Of a stretch of DNA of 64,000 nt, positions 1 to 11,800 are shown piece by piece. Made by a program: the position numbers and the translations under genes. Below the pieces are notes generated by a model that saw only the letters and a list, made by a program, of their open reading frames with translations, was not told the DNA's origin and ran no database searches. The DNA is from Zootoca vivipara (Eukaryota), in NCBI RefSeq assembly GCF_963506605.1, contig NC_083281.1:26784001-26848000 (forward strand). The letters are read 5' to 3'. Within the stretch, counting starts at the first letter, position 1. Each line of letters opens with the position of its first letter.

Positions 1-209
1 TTGAAAAATATATTGAATTTGCCATAAGCTCCCCATCACCATCTAGTGTCACATTTGTATAATGCACTTAAAACATTATATTTGCAACTGTATAGCTGAG
101 TCCCAAGTAACTGGGGTCTCCCCAGCACTATAATTTGCAGGGTGCCTGGGGGGGGAAATACTTTTTTGTTTTTAAAGGGAGAGGGAGCTGCAAGAGACAC
201 CATTAATTG

Positions 210-705
210 TTGTTGTTGTTGTTCTTGTTATTTTTGTATGTCACCCATCTGACTGGGTTGCAGCTCCCAACAGAATATTAAAAACATGATGAAACATCAA
301 ACATAAAAAACTTCCCTAAACAGGGCTGCCTTCAGATGCCTTCTAAAAGTCAAATAGTTGTTTATTTCCTTGACATCGGATGGGAGGGCGTTGACTACCG
401 AGAAGGCCCTCTGCCTGGTTCCCTGTAACCTCACTTCTTGTAGTTAAGGAACTGCCAGAAGGCCCTCAGTGCTTGATCTCAATGTCCAGGCTGAGCAATG
501 GTGGTGGAGACGCTCTTCGGGTATATAGGGCCAAAGTCGTTTAGAGCTTTAGAGGTCAGCACCAACACTTCGAATTGTGCTCGGAAACGTACTGAGAGCC
601 AATGTAGATCCTTTAAGACTGGTGTTATATGGTCCCAGCGGCTGCTCCCAGTCACCAGTTTAGCAGCCGCATTCTGGATTAATTGTAGTTTCCGAGTCAC
701 CTTCT
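210..705 (-). mobile_element. L2 LINE 3' fragment
   Basis: KLQLIQNAAAKLVTG..DHITPVLKDLHWL, an L2 ORF2 C-terminal motif, followed by 3' UTR. Confidence 0.85.
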
Positions 706-2242
706 CTATGCTTACACTAAGAAGTGTATTGTCCAGATAGATAGTCCAATTTTGAGAGCTAGGGAGGCAAGCTGCATGCAAAGCAAGAGTTGTCAGGAGT
801 TGCTGAGATTTGTGGAAATCTGTCCCATGTGGTAAATCACTGAACTGCAGATGGTGAAGTACTCTCAGGCCCTGGGCTGACTCCACCACCCCAGTCTGGG
901 CATTGGAAACTCTGGGATCTAGGAAGCAGTATCAGAGGATTTCCTGTGCCAAGAGAGCCTCGCTCAAGCCATGTTGTCTTCTTCAACTCAAATATGGTCC
1001 TGTATATTTGTTGCTCCTGACTTGTGCCTCAGTCCTGGTTTGTTCTTTGATCGTCTCTGGCAGGCACAGAGAAGAATCTTCCCCTGGCCGTGGCTCACAC
1101 AGCAAGTGCAACTCTTCCTGGAATGGAGATGAAGGGATGGGAGCAGCTCCAGCAGCTAGATAAGCCATAGGACGCAAGGGTCACTATTGCCAATGCAACA
1201 TTCTCCAGTGAATCATTAATAGAATCCATTGGGAAACAAAACCCCTTTAGAGTCGATCGTCTCTAATAATAAGCCATCCATTTCCCCTGCAGCTCAGGGT
1301 CTTAAAGTGCCATTGCTTAGCCTAAGGTTATCTGTCCATCCAGACAGGGGGTTCCCAAGTGACCAGAAACCCCCAGCCCAGCCTGCCTCTGTACCTTTAA
1401 CAGTGACTGTTTATACAGGAAACAGGATCGCCACATTTTCACACATGGAGATCAGCATCATCACCTGCTAATGTCCACAGTTCAAGTTTCTGATTGAGGC
1501 CTAGGAGCAGAACCCAATTTCTTAAAAAGCTGGTGAGCTGCTTCTAGATTGGGAGGTGAACTTGGCAGCCTGGAAACAAGGTGCATGTGGGGTTTCTCTC
1601 CCCCTTTCTTTGCTTAAGAAAGCAAACCCAAGCTATCCTGAGCAACAGCAGCAAAGGGAAACTCACCTGTGAATATATAAGCTGAGAACTGGCAGCTGTT
1701 CTTGCCTGGAAATGAAGAAGTTGCTAAGTTGAGGTATGTCACATGGAGGAATCAAGCATCAGTTTGTCCCTTTGGTGTGTGTGTTTTTCCCCAGATCAAA
1801 GGTTTGTATACGTGTTGGGGCTGGTCCAGGAATAAGTCAAGGACGGTTGTTGGCATCTCAATGGTTTGTATTATAATTGCATGGCCAAACATTCTTATTT
1901 TCCTCTTCTCCAACAAGCAGCTTCTGTACTGGTGCAACCAGACTTGTTTTTTGAGGAGGCTGCACAGAATTGGAGCGCCAAGTCTTCACAGTTTTGGCTG
2001 CTTATGTCATGTATCTCTGTTTCGCTCCTAATCTCTGTGTTGGAAGCCACTATAAACCTCCAGATCTTTCTGAGGCTATCCTGTGTGGTTAGTTACCAGA
2101 ACTACAATGTGGAGCCTCTTCCTGACATAAGGAGATGAGTTAGACCATCTTGCTCAGTGTTGTCCATACTGGATGGCAGTGGCTTCCAAGGGTTTCAGGT
2201 AGGGAACCCTGCCTGGAGATGCTGGGGGTTGAACATGGGGGT

Positions 2243-2622
2243 GCGGGTAGAGCTATGGGCTAAAACACTGAGCCTCTTGGGCTTGCTGATCAGAAGGTGG
2301 GCGGTTCAAATCCCTGCAATGGGGTGAGCTCCCATTGCTCTGTCCCAGCTCTTGCCAACCTAGCAGTTCAAAAGCACGCCAGTGCAAGTAGATAAATAGG
2401 TACCACTGTGGCGGGAAGGTAAATGGCGTTCTGTGCGCTCTGGTTTCCGTCACGGTGTCCCATTGCACCAGAAGCAGTTTAGTCATGCTGGCCACATGAC
2501 CTGGAAAGCTGCCTGTGGATGAATGCTGGCTCCCTCGGCCTAAAAGCAAGATTAGCAACGCAACTCCAGAGTCGCCTTTGACTGGACTTAACCATCCAGG
2601 GGTCCTTTACCTTTACCTTACC
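2243..2622 (+). mobile_element. Sauria SINE
   Basis: tRNA-like head, conserved core, (ACCTTT)n tail. Confidence 0.85.
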
Positions 2623-4681
2623 TGAACATGGGACCATTTGACCATGAAAAGCTTGATCACCACCCCACCCTGATTGGTCTCAAAAGCCCCACATGTCCCT
2701 CCCCCAAGAGAAACCATTTGAGGTTTGAGAAAAGGGGTATGTGGCAAAATAAACCCCACTTGGGAATGGAAATGGCATTTTCTGTTTACATATCGGCTGT
2801 GCACAGGCTCCAGGCTCCCAAAATTCTATTTGTTTCACATTTGCAATGGACAAATGATTGCTCTGAACACACCCATGAAAACGCCCCCTCCTGTGCAGGG
2901 GTAGCTGCCGAGGTGGTGCAGCAGAACTGATCACACAGCCTTGGACCTGGCAGCAGTCTCATTGTCACTTACCTGAGCAGGGCAGCAGTGAGGTCAGGGT
3001 GCCACAGGTGCAGTGACAGAGCCCAAGGCAGCTAACTATGCAAGCTAAGAGGAAACCAAGCACTGAAGGAGCTGCTCCTTCATCACCAGTAGATGGAGCC
3101 AAGCTGGTTTCATGTCCTGTGAAGCTGCCTTATTTATAGTGAGTCGGTCACCATTTTGTCTATCTCGTTTTGGACACCGCTCCCCCCCACACACACACAC
3201 CAGCACTACCTGGAAATGCCAGGGACCAAACCTGAGACCTTTTGCATACAAAGCATGTGCTCTGCCCCTGAGCCACAGCCCTTCTTATGTCAGTGCAGGG
3301 AATGGTTTTCCCAGAACCATTTCACTGGCTTAACATGGCTCTGTTGTCCTTGCAGATATATGAAGCCTTAACCGAGCGATGAACTTCTGGCTGCTTCCTC
3401 TGCCACTGGTCTCCCTTACTATACACACTAGGTGGTGCTGTCTGCATTCTAGCAGCATCTAGTAATGGGCATTAGAGGGAATCGATGGCCTTTTAAACTG
3501 TGGGTGGGGTGTTGTTTTTGTTTGTTATTATGGCATGCATTTTTGTCCTTTTATATTGTAAACCACCCTACGTTCCTCAGATGAAGGGCAGTATAGAAAT
3601 TTAATTAATTGTTGTTGCTCCTGCATGGATGGTGCATGGACCAGTGTAATTTTGTTATCTGGAGCTCATTGTTGCTATTTCTCCAGAACTGAAATGTATT
3701 TTCTCAATCGGCTCCTGGAACAGATAGACAGGAGTGTTCAGTTCATGTTTCCTCTGCCAGGATGTGCCCAAGGATGCCACTGTCCTAGGATTCCCCTGCC
3801 TTGTCACCTGTAACGCAGCCTGTTTCTGGGGATCCTGGTGTCTTTATTCTCCCAGGATGATGCCACTGCCAGTGGGGTGTAGTGGTTAGAGTATTGGACT
3901 TCGGACTCGGAAGTCCAGGTTTCAAATCCTCATTCAGCCATGAACCTCACTAGGTGACCTTGGGGCAGTCTCTCAGCCATAGCCTACCTTGCAGGTTGGT
4001 AGAGAGAATAACATTGGGGGGAGGGGCAGCCATATATGCTGCCTTGAGCTCCTTGGAGGAAAGCAATGGAATGCACAAATATAATATCACAGGTGACTAT
4101 TACAATTAATAATATTTTTGCGGAAATCAACCATAAATGTCCACAGCATGAAATGTATGATGACTCCCATTGATAATTGTATATTAATGATCGCTGTTTT
4201 TCAGGCCGTTGATGCTTTTCATGCATACATACAGATTCATCACAATTGTACTGCATTATGGGCTTTGCAGTCAACCCCCAGATGTTTTGACATGCATGTA
4301 TTTCAAGCACGGTCATAGTGCACCATAATTTTGGTATACTACAAAAGCCACCTATGTGGCGTGGTATGGTTGAAGTGTGCATATGTATGAAAACATTCAT
4401 GGGCCTAACTGCAAAGCCCATAATACAGTGCAACTGTAATTTAACATACACATCCAGAGCCTTGGTAATAATGAAACCTGGGGTTGGCCAGGATGCAGTG
4501 TGTTTCTATTTCTTATGGCTGATACCACCTCTTAATTTCCCCCCAGAAAATGACTGCTACTTACATCTAACATCTAACTAACATCTAACACCTGCCTATT
4601 CCCCACTGGGCAAGCTTGCCTGTGTTCCTCATGTAAAGCATACTAAAGTATGCAGTCAAACCCAGGTTCCAATTTTGAAGT

Positions 4682-4687
4682 TTTATT
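4682..4687 (-). terminator. Candidate polyadenylation signal of NCAM-like gene
   Basis: AATAAA on minus strand about 1.1 kb past the stop codon. Confidence 0.4.
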
Positions 4688-5811
4688 GAGATTCAGGATC
4701 AGGGATGATGGAGAAGAGGTAACATCAGAGGAATAAAAGTTTACTCTCTAAATGGCCGTACAATTCTACGGAGAAACTCCAGAACTTTTTTGCTTGACAC
4801 AAGGGCTCTGAGACAGCAGAATGAGGTGAGAATGAGGGGAAGGGGGATTTCCAGTCTGCTCCTGGTAGAGAGAAACCATGAAGGTGGGGTTGGGGAGTCT
4901 GTGGCCCTAATTCCTATCAGCCTCAGCTAGTATGGCCAGTGATCAAGGATGATGGGAGCTGTAGTCCAGCAACATTTGGAGGGTCAAAGGTTGACCCTCC
5001 CTACACTGGAGCAGTTTTCCCTCAACTTGATGCCTTACTGATGTCACTAAACTACAGAACCCATCACCGCTGACTAGGGATGGAGAAATATATCAATTTC
5101 AGTTTCTCTCAGTGTCTTGTTTATCTAATTTATCCAAAGTTCATTCCTCCATATTTCCGCATCAATTGGTGGTGATATATATATGACTCACGAAAGATCA
5201 TTAGGATAAATTTCTCCCATATGCATTTTTTGTTTACAATTTGGCCTAACATGAACATTTTTGACAAGCGGCTTTACCTAATATAAGGCATAACTGCATA
5301 TTAATGTATCTACACTAGTACATGCATTTTTGTACCCACTACTCAGCTGAGGCATGGCATTTCCAAAATTTGGAGACAGGCGGATTTCAAAGGATGCCTG
5401 GCTTTCCTTCTGCGTCTTGTTTTGGGAAGTGCAAATTAGGTAAGTTTGCTTTTAAATGAGAACAGAATCAAATTTCTCCCCCCAGCCCTACCCTTGACCA
5501 TTTGGGCCATGGTGGCTTGGAATGATGGGAGTTGGAATCCAACATCTAGAGAGCATAGAGTTGGAGAAGGTTGCATGAGGAGGGCGTTTGGCTCCCATTC
5601 AGCTATTCTGAAAGGGAGAGTTGGGTCACTGGGCCACAGACAGGAGGGTGTTAAGGAAAAAGTGAGATAAGAGAGCCAGACACTGTTTTCTCAGCTCTCC
5701 CATATGGGAAGTCGCCTTTGTGCTTCCATTTTTGATGAAGAGCTCATCCAATCTTGGCCATGGAGTCCCATCTCCATCCCTGCACAATCCAAGGTCATTG
5801 CTGTAGACTAA

Positions 5812-5872
5812 TCAGGCCTCAATGCCAGAAACATTCACCACTGTGCTTTTTCCTGACTTGGAGAGCATTTTC
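5812..5872 (-). CDS. NCAM-like last coding exon (KMLSKSGKSTVVNVSGIEA*)
   Basis: Acceptor TTTGTTTCCACAG; phase 2 joins in frame; TGA at 5814-5812. Confidence 0.7.
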
Positions 5873-8800
5873 CTGTGGAAACAAATAATGGAAAGATAGC
5901 ACATGGGTGAGCAGGGATAAAAATGCTTGTTTATCCAAACCATTTTTTTATCCCAACCTTCAGCTGAAAAAAAGGCTCCCAGAGCAACATACAGAGATCA
6001 AAAATAAGATAAGTCAGGTTAACCTACCCTATTTGAGGAAGCCAGTGTGGCGTAGTGCTTAAGATTGTCAGCCTAGGTCTTGGGAGAGACCAGGGTTCAA
6101 ATCCCCACTTGGCCATGAGGCTCACTGGGTGATCTTGAACCATTCACCATATGTCAGCCTAGCCTACCTCAAAGGGTGATTGTGATGATAAAATGGGGAG
6201 GATAACCATGAGTGCCACCTTGGGCTCCTTGAATGAAATATAAATGTGGTAATTAAATTTCTATCAGTGGGAGAGGCACAGTTGCCATTCAAAATCAGTT
6301 GGCGGGTGGGTGTTTTTTTTTGTTTTGTTTTTTTTAAGTCTGTGACATACCGGTATATGAAAGTATACTTGTGCCAAAGAAGAAAGAAACATGTAATAAA
6401 GAACAGGGATCAATAATATAAATAGGAACAACCGGTTATAAATCTTTTTCAGATATGTCCCAATTAGCCCTGAGTCCTTGGACTAACTGAACTACCGGTA
6501 CTAGATTCCAAGAATTTGTGATATACAACATAAGGTTGTGTTTGTAGAGAACAGGCTCTCGATAAAAGGAAAAGTGCTCAGCTAAAAGACCTATCCATTC
6601 TGAAGGAAATCAGCCCTGAGTGCTCACTGGAAGGACAGATCCTGAAGCTGAGGCTACAATACTTTGGCCACCTCATGAGAAGAGAAGACTCCCTGGAAAA
6701 GACCCTGATGTTGGGAAAGATGGAGGGCACAAGGAGAAGGGGACGACAGAGGATGAGATGGTTGGACAATGTTCTTGAAGCTACGAACATGAGTCTGGCC
6801 AAACTGTGGGAGGCAGTGGAATACAGGAGTGCCTGGCGTGCTCTGGTCCATGGGGTCACGAAGAGTCGGACACAACTAAACAACAACAAAAAAGACTTTT
6901 TATCGGCCACTGACACACTAGTGGAATTATTTGGACACATTCCCCAAAGCAGATGGAGAAGGTTTTCTAAGCCTCAGGACCAATTGGGACATATCTGAAA
7001 AAGTCTTAATGGTCAAAACATGTCTATAACTGATGGACCATGGAAATCACTACGAACTGCTATCACCAACATCCCAATCAGGCTGCTGTGGGTGCCAACT
7101 GAAACATGGGATGGGATCAGTAGGTGAAAGATTAGTGGAGGAAGCTCACCACTGGAGAAGGTTAAGAAGAGCTTCCCACCATTGCTATGCCAATATTTGG
7201 TCCTCATTTCCTACCATGGCTATCCTTCTCTCCCCCATACAAACTCACCCGTTGTTTTCTGTGCCTGCTCCAGAAGAGTTTTTGCCCGGGATATTGTTCC
7301 TACAGTACATCAGCAAGCCACGCTGGCGCTTGTAGTAGCAGAAGACATCCATCACCAGCAAAGCCACCAAGAGGATGATCAGCACAATGAGCACAATGAT
7401 GCCAGTTCCCAAACCTTGAGTGTCTGGAAAGAGGAGAAGGACATTCATTTGCAAGAGCAGATGGGAAGGACACCAGAATGCAGGAATCCTTTCACTAGCC
7501 TTGAGCAGAGGATGACCCCATTGTGTGCAAAGGCACCGGCCAAAGGGGGAAAGCTGAGGTGAAGGTAAGTCAGCACAGACATCCTGGCATGTACTGTGGC
7601 TGTAAGAAAGACAGCCATTGGGAGCAACAGGCAGGATTGTTGGCCGGGAGTGAGACATATTGTGGTTCTCACAAGTTCTCTAGGACCTTTGATAGAGTGC
7701 AACTTCTCAAGCTGCAATTCCTTTGGACCTATATAAGATTTTATGACTGGCCCTTGATCTATTGCTTTGTTACACAAAATAATTGAGTTTATTTTATCAT
7801 TTTTTAGTGAAGGGGACGGGACTGGTAGTACCTGAAAGAGATATGAGAATCTAAGCAATATAGACATTTTTATTACTGCTATAACTGAGCCAGCTTAGGT
7901 TAGTATGCTTCCATTTTATTTTATTTTATGCATGTTTTCATAAATATTTGTATAGTTTCTTCATCCTAACTATTTAATTTCAAATAAGATTTATTCCTAG
8001 GTATTTGAAGTCACCAAGGGCTATGGTTAGGAGCATGTTATGAGAAAAGCCAAATGAGATCCCTTGTGTTCAGGTTGACCAGAAGGATTGTTGATTTTGG
8101 AAAATTTATTCACAAACCTGCCACTTAATGAATTTGCTTACCGCCAGAAAGTTCTTAATTTTTAGTTGAAATCTCATTTCTTGTCATTTGAATCCATTGA
8201 CTCAGGTCCTACCTACCCACCTTCTAGAGCAGAAGAAAATAAGCTTGCTCCATCTTCCATGTGACAACCCTTCAGATATTTGAAGTTGGGTGTCATATCA
8301 CCTCTCAAAATAAAATAAACAAATAAATAATTGTCCAATAGCACCTTAGAGACCAACTAAGTTTGTTCTGGGTATAAGCTTTCATGTGCATGCACACTTC
8401 TTCAGATACAATGAAACAGAAGTCACCAGACCCTTATATATAGTGAGGGGGTGGGGTGGGGTTTTTTTAAGAGGGGTAGTAGGAGATGGGTGATTGACTC
8501 AATGGGCATGGTAAACCTGTTGATGACTGTTAACGACTGCAATTAGTCCTACAGGAAAAAGCAAGGGATAGTATGCAGATGACCAAAAGTAGCTTTAGCA
8601 TATGTAATGAGACAAGAATCCAATATCTCTATTCAGACCAGGTCTCTCCATAGTTTTCAGTTTAGTAATAAATTGTAATCCAGCAACTTCTCTTTCCAGT
8701 CTATTTCTATATATAAGGGTCTAGTGACTTCTGTTACAGTGTATCTGAAGAAGTGTGCATGCATACAAAACCTTATACCCAGAACAAACTTAGTTGGTCT

Positions 8801-11800
8801 CTAAGGTGCTACTGGACATTTTTTTTAATTTTTAAATTTATTTTGACTGTGTCAGACCAACACGGCTACCTACCTGAATCTAATATCACCTCTCAGTCTT
8901 CTCTTCTCTAGGTTAGTGTCAACATTCTGACTTTAAGCCAATTGTTTGCAACTCACCTTCTTGAAGAGTAACCTTCTTTTCGCTGCTACCCTGATCATTG
9001 GCAGCTGTTATTAGCAGTTCTGAGAGATCCTCTTGTGATGTTGGCGTGAACTAGAACCAAAATTTAAAAGGAGAATTTAAGATGCATCAAAATGTGAAGT
9101 GGAATAGTATTCTGCTATGACAAGTGAAGGCACACTTATGGGGTTTTCTTTTTCCAAAACTTGCACCTGCCTTCTCGAGCCTGGTGCCCTCCAGATACTG
9201 CTAGACTACAACTCCCAGCATTCCTGACCATGGGGTTATAGTCTGAAACATCTGGAGGGCACCAGGTTGCAGAGAAGAGTGGCTTACACTGCAGGTGTCC
9301 TCAGCGACCATTGGTGGCTTCATATTCTCTCTTACTAGGGCTCAGCAGAAATAGTGATCCAGTCTAAAATTCATGAACTTAACCCAACAATTCAAGGAGG
9401 GATGGTTTCATGGAGTAGCCCCTTACCCAACTCTTGTGGGGTTGAGTTTACCCTTTCATTGTGAAGTGAACAACTGGTCAGGGCCGGCTCATCATAGACC
9501 CCCGGTGGCGCAGTGCACCATGGCGCTGGGCTGGTAAGCTGGGCGCCGGCCTGGTAAGGCGGGCGCCGCGCGGCAAAGCCGCGCAGAAACCAATTGCACC
9601 CTGTGAGGGTGGGGCGGGCGGCGGAGCGATCTCCGCCCCTCAGCACCAGGGCAAGCGATCTGCTCAAGACGGCCCTGCAACTGGTGTATGTGGTGTGTGT
9701 GTGTGTGTGTGTGTGTGATCTTTCATTAAATGTTCATCAAATGCCCTGCAGCCTCCCTGGCTGCCACCACTTCCTTATCTGCAAATGCCTCAAGGGAAAA
9801 GTTAAGCTGCTAGAACCACCAAGGGCAATTTGTCCATCTGCCTTGCCCCATGCTCCATGTCTGGGTCCTTATAAGGTGACGACGCTGCTTAAGCATTCTT
9901 GTCTTCTCTTTGCCTTTTGGAGGATGTGTTTGGTTTTTAATACTTTTGAAATGCATTGAATTGGTATACTAATCTGTAGTGTTTGTTTTTATTGCATGCC
10001 GACAGCTTCTAGCAGCCACAAGTAAGAGCTCCGAGCAAAGGTGAATAAACTGCCCCAGAAGGAGCACAACGTGCCCCCCACCAGAGGAACTACCCCTCCC
10101 CTAACACCCCATACTATGTTAGGCAAAATTGCACTCCAAAATTCATATATATTCTGACAACTGCTCCCTAAAATGCTGCTGAATTTTCATGAAGACTTAA
10201 AAAAATAAATACAAACTGATAGAGAAAAGTGGAGAATTGAATTTAAGATTGGGGGAGTGGGGATGAGGAACTGAGAGAAACTGAAACTGACCAATTTGTC
10301 ATGGAATGAGTTGGCTGTTGACCAATGCTCAGGGATGATGCAAGTTGTAATCCAAAGCAGTCTTACCTCAAAGGAATACGTATGTCTGTCTTGGTCCTGC
10401 GCCACTTTCTTGATATCATCACCTGTAAAAACTTTTCCCTTCCAAGCAACGGAGACAGAGGGGGGAGGGTAAGCCCAGATGCTAAAGTTGTATTGGACAG
10501 GTGTCCCAATCTGTGTGGCGAATGGGTCACCTGTGAGGAGCTCTATCCTTGGAGCGACTGGGAAAGTAAGCCAGAGTGACAGTTTGTTACATAGGAAGCT
10601 AACTTTTGCCATTATTTTACCTCTGGATAAAACATAGTGACTGCCAAGTAATATATTTTCTGTTATTTCTGATGTACTTTGCTTTTGAAAAATTGTTTGC
10701 TGGTCTTTGGCTCTTAATAAAGAATGTGGGTATTTTCTATACTGACTGGCAGTAGCTCTCCAAGGCTTCAGGCAGGAATCTCTCTCAACCCTACCCCTTC
10801 TCTTTCCAAATCAAAAGACCCATCCACTCCTTGCTTCCTAAACTTTACCTATGGTTAGGTCTATCCACTCAGCATACAACCAAATCTACAACCCTGGCAG
10901 CCCAACATAGACCAAGGCTCCTATCTCCCAGCACTGTGCTGAGAGACCCAAAATATCTCTTACATTTAATATTGAGGGAGACAACCATGACAACAGTTTC
11001 ATTCCGCTCTTTAATACTGGCCTCGCAGGTATGGACACCAGCATCTGAGGGTTGGGAGTCCTTTACCACCAATGTCCCATTTGCAAGCACAGAGACTCGT
11101 CCTCCTGCCCAGAAAGGAGAAGCAAATTAGCAGTGGTGACAGTGGGATATATATACAGGTGAAACTCAGAAAATTAGAATATTGTCGAAAAGTGCATTTA
11201 TTTCAGTAATGCAACTTGTTTTTTTAATTATTTTTTTACAAATGCTTTCTTTTGGAAATTCCGCAGTAATAAAACAAATAGTTACAATAATTCAAAAATA
11301 AACATCACTATTACATTTCATTAATTACATTCCATTTATAATTGATCCACCTAATGACAAATAATTAAAATTACAACAAATAAAGACTTGACATATCTTG
11401 CTTTGCATGTCATGCATCTATCTCATATTTTAGTTTCACCTTTTAAGTTGCATTACTGAAATAAATGCACTTTTCGACAATATTCTAATTTTTCTGAGCT
11501 TCACCTGTATATGGCAGGTACATACTAGCAAAATATCATAACAAATGCCAAAAGCAAAAGGGATATCAGTTTGCATTATCCTGTACCTTATTGCTTCAAA
11601 ATAAATTAGAAAGAGACTTCATTTCTTCATAAAGACATTGTCTATCCTCTCTCTGGTTCTAACCATATGTATGAGCTTAGTTATCCATTCTCTGCCCCAC
11701 CCCCACCCCCAAGTTTTGTCAAATAATAACTTTGGCAGCGGTGAAGAGATGTTGCATTAATCCCTTGTCTTCTAATAGTACAGGAGAAGCAAATTAGCAG

